From positions 1-43,762 of the IMG/VR virus record IMGVR_UViG_3300011339_000336: a stretch of 43,762 nucleotides of DNA. One strand, 5' to 3'. Under the pieces are notes generated by a model. The model did not search any database. It was not told the origin of the DNA and saw only the letters and a program-made list of their open reading frames with translations. Origin of the DNA: a virus (Duplodnaviria > Caudoviricetes). The translations under genes were made by a program, and so were the position numbers. Of the stretch, positions 18,874 through 26,378 are shown in pieces. Positions within the stretch are counted from its first letter, which is position 1; every line of letters starts with the position of its first letter.

Positions 18874-19221
18874 TTAGCCTTTGGCTAGATAGGGGTCAAC
18901 AAGATCAACATCAGCGTCTAGTGTGCCAGTGATGTCTTTATCATTAACCATACGATACTGTTTACCATCTTTACCTAAATAAAGAAGTCCAGCATATTTA
19001 GCAAAAATTACTTTATTGCCAACAGAACACCACGGTGCTGGTTCGTCTGCAAAGCATTGGTCACCCATTGCAATAACAATTCCAGTAGTGTTGCCCATCT
19101 GCTCCCGTTGTTTGGAGTTTTCAGTGACAAGGTAAATGCCACCAGCAGATATTTCTTTAACTTCTTGAGGCTTAATAAGCACTCTCCAACCGCAAGGGTT
19201 GATTCCTGATTCATTACTCAT
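18874..19221 (-). CDS. groES: Phage co-chaperonin GroES (Cpn10)
   Basis: P.GWRVLIK, SAGGIYL mobile loop, G.VIAMG, VG.KV.FAKYAG, YR.VND.DI. Confidence 0.85.
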   Translation of the reverse strand: MSNESGINPCGWRVLIKPQEVKEISAGGIYLVTENSKQREQMGNTTGIVIAMGDQCFADEPAPWCSVGNKVIFAKYAGLLYLGKDGKQYRMVNDKDITGTLDADVDLVDPYLAKG

Positions 19222-19236
19222 GTTTAATCCTCTATC

Positions 19237-19452
19237 TTATTTGTTTTCAAACAAATCTTCGTACTCAAGGTTTAGGATAGTAGCGATTACTCGACACCGA
19301 CCTTTAACTTCTGCTTCTTCTTCAAAGGCATTGTTAATCAAACCTTCTTTCATTGTTTCACGATCTGCCATAAGCATTTTCATAAAACGCTTAGTAACAG
19401 GATGAAATTTCCATTCTTCAAAACTATCTGGGCTAACTAGCTCTAATGCCAT
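19237..19452 (-). CDS. Small portal-associated protein
   Basis: FEEWK.HPVTK motif; AAGGAG SD; directly after portal. Confidence 0.65.
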   Translation of the reverse strand: MALELVSPDSFEEWKFHPVTKRFMKMLMADRETMKEGLINNAFEEEAEVKGRCRVIATILNLEYEDLFENK

Positions 19453-19467
19453 TTTTACTCCTTAAGG

Positions 19468-21564
19468 TTACATCATTGGTGCTTGCATTGTTCCTGCTCC
19501 TCCTAACATATCCATAGAAGGTGCTTGGAATGATTGCCCTTTGTTTTCAGCCATCATGGTTGAATAAATTTTATGCATTGTGTCAATAGAACTCAAAATA
19601 CCTTCTCGACGTTCACGTTGCAGTGCAATGCTCATGTTAATTTCTTGTATACGCATCTTTTCTCCCTCAGTAGCAATACCAATCTTAAACACTTCTGCTT
19701 CTGCTTCAAGTTTTTTAATCTTAGCTTGATTAAGTTCTGCTTCACCCATGAGTTTAAGTAGTCCCATTTTCATAGCTAACTCAGATTCAGCTTGTTTAGA
19801 CTTCATACGCATTTCTTCAATCTGCAATTTAGGATTAGGCATAGGAGGAATAGCGTTTGGACCTTTAGGATCAGGAAGAATTTTCTCAATATCATTAATC
19901 TTCATTGCTTTAAGAATTAACTGTTCAACTTCATAGCTATTGTACAGTCCTGGCATAGCAGCTTCACGAGAAGCTAGTCCCATAGCTTGTTGCATACGCT
20001 GACTATCAGACGTAATGTTTGGATCAGCGGTAGGCATAACATCTGTTACTGGGCCATCATAGTCTGAGGCCAACACAATTCCTTTGCTTTGTGCATTAGA
20101 AACATATTGCGTGTTATCAGTAACAAATATTTGATTGAGTCTATACAGTTTACGAAACTCTTGTTTAAGACTGCGATGGGTACGTTTAAAGATTCCATTA
20201 AAGATCTTCATACCTTGTTCTGCCATAGTGCGAGTAGTCTCAGCAGGAGTATTCTGTCCAGGATTTTGTCCAGTAAGAATGTCTACAGCACCACCAATGC
20301 GCTCACCATAGTTAATCAACAAGTTTAACAACGTAAACAAAACTTGAGAAGGTTCACGAACGGGAAGAGGAACAATACCTTTTCTTAGGTCATCACCAGT
20401 GGTATCAACGTGTTTCCACTCCATAGGATTGAAGGTGTAGTTACCACCACGAAGCTTAATCCCACGGCTAAGGAATCCACCAGCAGTGTTAGCCATAGTG
20501 CCAGCATCAACGAGCTGGTTGAGAATTGTGTTGATTGATTCGTTAAGGGGGCCAAGAAGAACTCCAAAGCCTAAATCATAGAAGCCACCATCAGGAGATG
20601 GAATAAATGGGAACTTAGTAAAGTACTGATCAGCTTTAATGCTTAACACAACATCGTTGTCATTAAACTCAATGTCTTGTTTTGTGTATCGCGCAACAAT
20701 ACGAGCAACTTTTTTGTTGTCTCTACGGACATAAACAATGTACGGTTCAGCATAGCCATCATCATCAAGATCAATGTGGCAATGTTGTTCAAGAATTTCA
20801 ATGGGAGTACTTGAATCGCTAGATTCAGGTGGAGATACACCCTGAGCTTTGTCTTGTGCAATTTGTAATCCACTACTCATAAGAACAGAAGAACTTTGTT
20901 GTGGAAGACTTTCAGATATATTTATCCACAACCCACGAGCTACACGCTCATAGATTTCGTTCTTACTCATTTGAAGAACATGAGTAACTCGGTTTGCTGT
21001 CTCTAGACTTTTAGTCCAGTAGTTAACAACAAAGTCTTTAGCCAAAACATTTTCAGAAACATTATGTTTGCGAATAGGATCGTAATAACTTTTCTTAAAC
21101 GCACAACCAACAATAGGTTGAGTGATAAGAACTTTATCCATCTCAGATTCCCAATCTTCATCTTCTTCAAGAATCTGATAGCTCATGTGTTGTTCAACAC
21201 GAGTAGATCGCAATGCACGTACACCATCTTTATCATCACCAACAACTCGACATTTAATAGGTAAGTTGCTATCAATTAATACGGGATAACTACGAGCATG
21301 ATATTGCAGTGCAGCAATAGTGATAAGGGGAAACTTAACATTGCTGGCATTAGCCCAAGGAAAGTTTTTATTTTCTGCAACTTGTAAAGCAAGCTTTAAA
21401 GAAGCCTCTGTACGTTTTTCCCAAGATGACCGGGACATCAAGTCATTTTCAAAATCTCTAACAATGTGTTGCCCAATTGTCGTTAGATCTTCTTCTCCCA
21501 ACATAGTAGCAATGTTAGTCGCGTAAACGAGATCTTCAATGCTAAGCTTGTCTTTAAGGTTCAT
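19468..21564 (-). CDS. Portal protein
   Basis: 698 aa after TerL; FPWANASNV..PL, G.AFKK.YYD, F.PSPDGGFY..G.G, NQLVDAGT.AN..GGF; coiled-coil C-terminal barrel. Confidence 0.9.
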   Translation of the reverse strand: MNLKDKLSIEDLVYATNIATMLGEEDLTTIGQHIVRDFENDLMSRSSWEKRTEASLKLALQVAENKNFPWANASNVKFPLITIAALQYHARSYPVLIDSNLPIKCRVVGDDKDGVRALRSTRVEQHMSYQILEEDEDWESEMDKVLITQPIVGCAFKKSYYDPIRKHNVSENVLAKDFVVNYWTKSLETANRVTHVLQMSKNEIYERVARGLWINISESLPQQSSSVLMSSGLQIAQDKAQGVSPPESSDSSTPIEILEQHCHIDLDDDGYAEPYIVYVRRDNKKVARIVARYTKQDIEFNDNDVVLSIKADQYFTKFPFIPSPDGGFYDLGFGVLLGPLNESINTILNQLVDAGTMANTAGGFLSRGIKLRGGNYTFNPMEWKHVDTTGDDLRKGIVPLPVREPSQVLFTLLNLLINYGERIGGAVDILTGQNPGQNTPAETTRTMAEQGMKIFNGIFKRTHRSLKQEFRKLYRLNQIFVTDNTQYVSNAQSKGIVLASDYDGPVTDVMPTADPNITSDSQRMQQAMGLASREAAMPGLYNSYEVEQLILKAMKINDIEKILPDPKGPNAIPPMPNPKLQIEEMRMKSKQAESELAMKMGLLKLMGEAELNQAKIKKLEAEAEVFKIGIATEGEKMRIQEINMSIALQRERREGILSSIDTMHKIYSTMMAENKGQSFQAPSMDMLGGAGTMQAPMM

Positions 21565-21567
21565 AAT

Positions 21568-23082
21568 TTAATACCCACAAGTAACAGAGCGACCAGCATC
21601 GCTCAAATTGTTTTCTTTAATATAAGCCTCGTACTCTTCTTCTTGGAGTTCTTTGTCGGTAGGAGCTTCCCACATCTTATCAAGCATTAGACCTAGATAG
21701 GCCCAAGCATCAACTTGGTCATCATGCTTATCCCTAGGGAAACGCAGAAGCTCATCTTCAAAGCCTTGATACCACTCAGCATTCTTATCGAACTTGCAAG
21801 CCCCACTTCTCATACGAGCTTGAATGCTTCTAGCTCTTGTAAGTTTGTCACCACTGGGCTTGAGCAAAACAGTGTTGATGAACTCTCCACGCTTAAGCAT
21901 TGCTTCATTAAGATAGGGGCCAATTGCTTTCTGAATCGTACCTTGTTCCAATCCAAAGAGTACGGGCTTATAAATCTTTTGGATCATCAGGATTGTATCC
22001 ACAATCTCTAAAGCATCCATACGTTGTTTAATAACGTGTTTGCAGTACAACCTGCCTTCTTCATCCATACCACCAACAACAAAAGCAGAATAGTCTGCCT
22101 TTTGGGATTGGGATACAGCTAAGTCACAAGTTGCGTAATAGATTAGATTCTTCTTTTCATCCTCAGACTTTATTGGTATGAAATCTGATTTCTTAAAAAA
22201 GGTATCAGTTATATCCAAAGGGATATTAAGCATCTCTTGAGAATACACATCAGCCAAACCTTGTCTGACGTAATCATCTTTTTGCATCCTAAACTCTGAA
22301 GCAGTTTTCATTTCAGGCCATAGTAACTTTTCAAAGTCATCAGTATGAGCACGATACTTAACTGATTTCCAAGGTAATATATTTTCTGAGTATTCTTTTA
22401 GGTCTTCGTGAATAAGATTCTTATACCCCCTATGGCTAACTAGTAAGGAAGCAGGCATTAGATTCTCTAGAAGACTATCTAAGTGCAATATAGTTCCAAC
22501 AATCCTAATTTTTCCAGAAGAAGATACACAAGGAATCAAAGCACCATAGAACCAACGCTTAAACTTTTGACGACGATCTTTGTTCATAACAATCTCGTCG
22601 TTCTCCATGTCGTCCCCAATGATGAGGTCAGGACGAAGGTTAGCCCATTTCAATCCCCGTAGCTTTTGTTCAGAACCTTTAGCTTGAATACGGAAGGTAT
22701 GTCCATCTTCCATCTCTACAATTAGATCATCCTCTGTATCTTTGGGAAAAGAACTAACAGAGAACAAAGACCGCAGATCATCATTGTCTAACAACTCTTT
22801 TTTGATGTCACCTAGGAACTGTACTGCTTGAGTAACGGTATCTGAAACAATCAAAGCATACCTAGACTCTCGAAACAAGACTGAGGCTAGGGTGTAAGCG
22901 TGAGTTACGGCAGTACTCTTAGCGTGATACCGAGGAGCAGCTATAGCTACTTGTTTGCTGTTACTAGTAACAAGTTCCCAGATCTCTTTATGAAACTCAG
23001 GGGTAGCAGCAGGTTTATCAAAGTTCTTTCTCAACACAGAGTTGACAAAACCTTCCATGACTGAAGCATTAAGCTTGGACAA
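21568..23082 (-). CDS. terL: Terminase large subunit
   Basis: Walker A-like APRYHAKST, Walker B LIIGDDMEND, nuclease CDLA..ADYSA and FP..HDDQVDA. Confidence 0.95.
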   Translation of the reverse strand: MSKLNASVMEGFVNSVLRKNFDKPAATPEFHKEIWELVTSNSKQVAIAAPRYHAKSTAVTHAYTLASVLFRESRYALIVSDTVTQAVQFLGDIKKELLDNDDLRSLFSVSSFPKDTEDDLIVEMEDGHTFRIQAKGSEQKLRGLKWANLRPDLIIGDDMENDEIVMNKDRRQKFKRWFYGALIPCVSSSGKIRIVGTILHLDSLLENLMPASLLVSHRGYKNLIHEDLKEYSENILPWKSVKYRAHTDDFEKLLWPEMKTASEFRMQKDDYVRQGLADVYSQEMLNIPLDITDTFFKKSDFIPIKSEDEKKNLIYYATCDLAVSQSQKADYSAFVVGGMDEEGRLYCKHVIKQRMDALEIVDTILMIQKIYKPVLFGLEQGTIQKAIGPYLNEAMLKRGEFINTVLLKPSGDKLTRARSIQARMRSGACKFDKNAEWYQGFEDELLRFPRDKHDDQVDAWAYLGLMLDKMWEAPTDKELQEEEYEAYIKENNLSDAGRSVTCGY

Positions 23083-23599
23083 CCTTAGCCTCTACATCTA
23101 TAGGTACAACAGACCCCAGCTTTTTACTATCAAACTTAGCAAACTCTTCAGACAACTTGAGGAGCCTATCGTCAATTGTTTTTTCTACTTCTTCTTTGAT
23201 AGGATTCTCGGTAAGCTTCTGTTGTTTGGTCAATAACTCTGTAGATATCTTTAGGGCCACATGAGCTTTGATAGGTATACGAACAATGTCCCCAGTCCTT
23301 TGGTCATACTGAGCATCTCCAAAGTCAATGCGATCTTCAGTAGCTTTAAGAGCCTTGTTCACAATCCGTTGAAGGTTGGAATCTAGCTGTTGAATGTCTT
23401 CAGTTTTAAGTTGAAGAGCAAACTCTTTAAACCAATCTGCACACTTCCAAGACTTAAGTGTAGGTAAGGGTATACCCGTAACAATAGCAGTCTGAGGCAT
23501 AGACCCTAACATGAGATAGGTACTAACAGCCTCTAGCTTCTGGTTTTGAGTCCAGACAGACTTTTTGTACCTATGGTCATGTGAGGTTTTTCTACGCAT
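23069..23599 (-). CDS. terS: Terminase small subunit (putative)
   Basis: N-terminal HTH-like segment (TAIVTGIPLPTLKSWK..W); overlaps the terL start. Confidence 0.7.
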   Translation of the reverse strand: MRRKTSHDHRYKKSVWTQNQKLEAVSTYLMLGSMPQTAIVTGIPLPTLKSWKCADWFKEFALQLKTEDIQQLDSNLQRIVNKALKATEDRIDFGDAQYDQRTGDIVRIPIKAHVALKISTELLTKQQKLTENPIKEEVEKTIDDRLLKLSEEFAKFDSKKLGSVVPIDVEAKVVQA

Positions 23600-23778
23600 T
23601 ACTTACCCATTTTCTTAAGAGTTTGAGCAAGACGAGCACGTTGGCCCATCTTTCCAGGTTTTTTAGAAGCAGCTTCTAGTTTGGCAGCAGGAATAGTTTC
23701 ACCTTTTTTAACACCTAGGGATTTACGCAAAGCACCTGGCTTCTTAATAGCATTAGCTATCCAATTTTTAGTAGCCAT
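23599..23778 (-). CDS. Small Lys-rich protein
   Basis: Start likely MATKNWIANAIKKPGALRKSLGVKKGETIP..GQRARLAQTLKK. Confidence 0.75.
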   Translation of the reverse strand: MATKNWIANAIKKPGALRKSLGVKKGETIPAAKLEAASKKPGKMGQRARLAQTLKKMGK

Positions 23779-23794
23779 AAGTTTCTTAGTGTAG

Positions 23795-24028
23795 TTATCG
23801 GTATTTTGAAGTCTTATCTGCAATTTTTTTAGGTTGGGCTACAAACTGTTTGCCTTGTTTCTTACCTTCTCGCTTAGCTTTGGTTGTTGCAGCGTACTCA
23901 GCAGAGCTTAAAGACTTAATAGCAGCCTCTGGTAGGTAACGCTCACCTGTTTTAGATGATGGTTTACCTGATTTGGTACGCCACTTTTGTTCAGTCCAAT
24001 CTTTCAAGGACTTTTGTGAGGTTTTCAT
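23795..24028 (-). CDS. Small Lys-rich protein
   Basis: SLKDWT.QKWRTKSGKPS..TGERYLP..AI..LS..EYAATT.AKR. Confidence 0.8.
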   Translation of the reverse strand: MKTSQKSLKDWTEQKWRTKSGKPSSKTGERYLPEAAIKSLSSAEYAATTKAKREGKKQGKQFVAQPKKIADKTSKYR

Positions 24029-24171
24029 TTCTTCTTTTTAGGTACTGTGTGGGATAACACTTTGCTAGTAGGAGAATGCTTTGCTCCTGTCATTAAAACA
24101 GTACCTGTTTTGTGTGTTTCACCTTTGTAGACTTTGCCACTAGGTAAATAGTGTGTTTTATTTTTACTCAC
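24025..24171 (-). CDS. Small Lys/His-rich protein (48 aa, not in ORF track)
   Basis: GTG start; GTGA and ATGA overlaps with both neighbours; MSKNKTHYLPSGKVYKGETHKTGTVLMTGAKHSPTSKVLSHTVPKKKK. Confidence 0.75.
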   Translation of the reverse strand: MSKNKTHYLPSGKVYKGETHKTGTVLMTGAKHSPTSKVLSHTVPKKKK

Positions 24172-24356
24172 GACTTATATCCTCCACCAGATGCTTTATA
24201 TTTTTTAGCCACAAGCTGTGCTTTACGGGCAGACCACTGTCCAGCAGCAGTTCCTTGTGTAGCTGAAGCCTTTACTTGAGAAACTATCTTCTTACGAAGA
24301 GTTGGTTTAGTGTAGTTACCAGCAGCGTTTACTGTAGATTTAGCTTTAGTAGCCAT
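24168..24356 (-). CDS. Small Lys-rich protein
   Basis: VN.AGNYTKPT.RK...GQWSARKAQ..AK.YK..GGGYK. Confidence 0.8.
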   Translation of the reverse strand: MATKAKSTVNAAGNYTKPTLRKKIVSQVKASATQGTAAGQWSARKAQLVAKKYKASGGGYKS

Positions 24357-24357
24357 A

Positions 24358-24612
24358 TCAACACTTCCACTTTTTAAGAGCTTTATTGATCCTTGAATTA
24401 GGGTCTTTAGCTTTCTCTGTACCAGTTAACTTCTTTTTCATTCCACCCATACGAGCACAGAAGCTATCCTTACGAGAACCACCTTCAGGTTGAGGAGCTT
24501 TAAGTCCAGGCTTACCTGGATTTGCTGCATTGTAAGAAGCTCTTCCTTTAGCATTTAAGCCACCAGAAGAACTCTTACCTTCCTTACGTTGCCATGCAGG
24601 AGATTTAGCCAC
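24358..24612 (-). CDS. Small Lys/Arg-rich protein
   Basis: PAWQRKEGK...GGLNAKGRASY..LK.P...R..SFCARM.G.KK..DPNSRINK.L..W.C. Confidence 0.8.
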   Translation of the reverse strand: MAKSPAWQRKEGKSSSGGLNAKGRASYNAANPGKPGLKAPQPEGGSRKDSFCARMGGMKKKLTGTEKAKDPNSRINKALKKWKC

Positions 24613-24624
24613 GATAGTTAAAAT

Positions 24625-24774
24625 TTACTTGTAGCCAGCCACTGGCTTCTTGTTGACTTTAGACATTTTGTCTTTTATCATTTTTGCCATGTCTTTTTTA
24701 TCTTGGATTTTGTCAGCAGCCTTAGTCATCATCATGCCTTTTTTGGCTGGCATGGATTTCTTTTTGGTAACCAT
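24625..24774 (-). CDS. Small Met/Lys-rich protein, first gene of the late operon (49 aa, not in ORF track)
   Basis: AAAGGA SD; MVTKKKSMPAKKGMMMTKAADKIQDKKDMAKMIKDKMSKVNKKPVAGYK. Confidence 0.7.
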   Translation of the reverse strand: MVTKKKSMPAKKGMMMTKAADKIQDKKDMAKMIKDKMSKVNKKPVAGYK

Positions 24775-24805
24775 AGTTCTATCCTTTAGAAAAGTAAATT
24801 GAGGG

Positions 24806-24888
24806 TGTAAGTACTCGCTGCACTAGGTATCCAACGCTTTACTGTTGGTGTTCACGGGCGAAACCGCCCAGCATCCGCTTTCCTTACA
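24806..24888 (-). ncRNA. Structured cis-regulatory RNA motif, copy 1
   Basis: UGUAAG-GAAAGCGGAUG-CUGGG...CCUAG-UGCAGCGAGUA-CUUACA; same core as 36224-36288 with different but pairing stems. Confidence 0.7.
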
Positions 24889-24893
24889 GGTGT

Positions 24894-24922
24894 ACTGTAT
24901 CATCCTTTTAAGATTTTTACAA
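24894..24922 (-). promoter_or_regulatory. Sigma70-type promoter for the late arm
   Basis: TTGTAA-17 nt-TACAGT with extended -10 TG; predicted +1 falls at the 5' end of the RNA motif. Confidence 0.6.
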
Positions 24923-25069
24923 AGATTGTGTAAATCGCAACTATAGTAGTGAACTAGTGTCCTAGACCTGTGTGTATAATCTTTATATTCTTTTTTTCTT
25001 TTTTACTCTTTTTTGTTTTTTTCTGGTCAGATATATAAGTAGTAGTAGTGTTAGTGTCAGATCCACAGT

Positions 25070-25091
25070 AGAGCCTAGAGGCTCTTTTTTT
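25070..25091 (+). terminator. Terminator-like hairpin
   Basis: AGAGCC-TAGA-GGCTCT followed by a T-run. Confidence 0.45.
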
Positions 25092-25344
25092 ATGTCTGAT
25101 GTGCGTTAGCTTGCGAGTCCCGTAGGGACGAGCACCAATCCACCTCTACCCCCTCTTGTTCTAAAAAGTTGTGGCGTAGTTGTAAGGTGTGATAAATCAA
25201 TTTAAAACAAAACCAAATTTCCCCCCTCCCCACCACTACTACTAGGTACAGGGTAGGGCTGGTACTAGTAACATACCGCTACTAACTACACACAACTACT
25301 ACAAATATAACTACTACTCAACACATACACTTACAGCATATACA

Positions 25345-25364
25345 TACTGTACCTATATACAGTA
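25345..25364. promoter_or_regulatory. LexA (SOS) box
   Basis: TACTGTACCTATATACAGTA, 18/20 match to the consensus TACTGTATATATATACAGTA (CTGT-N8-ACAG). Confidence 0.75.
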
Positions 25365-25410
25365 GGGTTAATACTAACCTCTTGTTGTACACACAACTAC
25401 TATTGTAAGT

Positions 25411-25521
25411 TGCCTATTATTTAAGCAACAGTACAACTATAGTACTACTACTTCATCTAAACTGCCTATTATTTAAGCAATGTGCCTCTTTTTTAAGCAC
25501 TTATTGCCTGTTTATTGAGCA
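25411..25521. promoter_or_regulatory. Four 17-bp repeats matching Fis-type binding sites
   Basis: TGCCTATTATTTAAGCA at 25411 and 25463, TGCCTCTTTTTTAAGCA at 25483, TGCCTGTTTATTGAGCA at 25505; G-N13-C core with AT-rich centre. Confidence 0.6.
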
Positions 25522-25529
25522 CCTTTATA

Positions 25530-25542
25530 AATCAATAACTTA
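25530..25542 (+). promoter_or_regulatory. IHF binding site
   Basis: AATCAATAACTTA matches WATCAANNNNTTR exactly; AT-rich upstream. Confidence 0.6.
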
Positions 25543-25707
25543 CCCCCGATGTTACATACCTGATGTAGTACCTGATCTATACCACTGTTTGACCTCTGTT
25601 GCCATCTCTACACCCTTGTTTGAGATACGTCGATGTCTACCCATTCCACTCGTCCTTTCTTGTTCCCATAACTGCTGATACCCAGTTGTGTTGTGCTAAC
25701 CAATAGT

Positions 25708-25917
25708 AATTAGCCCCCCGCCTTTTGTTCGGGTTGCCACCGCTATGCTCGGCGTAGCCTCGCTTCGCTCTGCACTAACCACGCCAGTCGTCGCTCCGCT
25801 CCTTTGTGGCATGGCTGCGGGCTACGCCTTAGTGCCTTGGCAATCGCTCCGCTCCGCTCCGCGACTACGCCCCTGCGGGGCTTGCCCTCACGCCCGGCTT
25901 TAGTGAGGGGGCTAATT
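25708..25917. other. GC-rich fold-back element A (origin/promoter/ncRNA candidate)
   Basis: 11-bp terminal inverted repeat AATTAGCCCCC/GGGGGCTAATT enclosing multiple GC-GNA-GC mini-hairpins. Confidence 0.65.
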
Positions 25918-25953
25918 CCCCTCAGTTCTCTCAACTCAACTTAGGAGCTAGTT

Positions 25954-26178
25954 ATGGCAACGCAAAACGACTTCGATTTCAACGCTTTCAACGCAACAAC
26001 TGAACGCAAACCCGCTGGGCTTCAAATCTTCTTGGCTCAGCAGCTTCTCTCTAACGCACTGTGGAGCATGGAGAAGTACGACAACCCTCGTGCAACTGAG
26101 CTGCGCGGCGCACTCGCTGACATCAAAGCTCTCCGTCAACTGATGAAAGATGACGCAATTGCTCGTCAAGCAGCTTAA
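25954..26178 (+). CDS. First early gene, hypothetical
   Basis: TTAGGAG SD; followed by its own terminator. Confidence 0.8.
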   Translation: MATQNDFDFNAFNATTERKPAGLQIFLAQQLLSNALWSMEKYDNPRATELRGALADIKALRQLMKDDAIARQAA

Positions 26179-26186
26179 TCACACAC

Positions 26187-26215
26187 AGCGGTAGCTAATC
26201 ACTACCGCTTTTTTT
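26187..26215 (+). terminator. Intrinsic terminator
   Basis: AGCGGTAG/CTACCGCT stem followed by T-run. Confidence 0.8.
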
Positions 26216-26236
26216 ATGTTTACTTTGGAGATTGAA

Positions 26237-26377
26237 ATGAAATTCTGGCATTACTTACTCATCAAATCGTTCTTGTGTTTTGTAGCATTTGCCTTTGGAA
26301 CACAAGACATGGCATTCTTCTGGGTAGCAACACTGTCTTTAATTTTTACTCCAATCTTCTTTATTGCGAATGAATAA
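26237..26377 (+). CDS. Small two-TM membrane protein (46 aa)
   Basis: GGAG SD; MKFWHYLLIKSFLCFVAFAFGTQDMAFFWVATLSLIFTPIFFIANE. Confidence 0.65.
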   Translation: MKFWHYLLIKSFLCFVAFAFGTQDMAFFWVATLSLIFTPIFFIANE

Positions 26378-26378
26378 T

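Noticed and set aside
1015-23236. Many plus-strand ORFs antisense to structural genes (e.g. 5992..6360, 7581..7961, 14967..15383)
   Set aside because: Shadow frames of genes with biased codon usage; no SDs or protein motifs.
25096-25136. Hammerhead ribozyme (CTGATG...GAGTCCCGTAGGGACGAG)
   Set aside because: The CUGAnGA core is not contiguous with the stem and GAAA is replaced by GAGC; no stems I/III found.
25411-25521. Mini CRISPR array
   Set aside because: Repeats are only 17 bp with gaps of 3-35 nt; no cas genes.
25743-25934. 63-aa minus-strand ORF
   Set aside because: Lies across the GC-rich structured element; non-ATG start, no SD; Arg/Ala-rich sequence is a by-product of the hairpin repeats.
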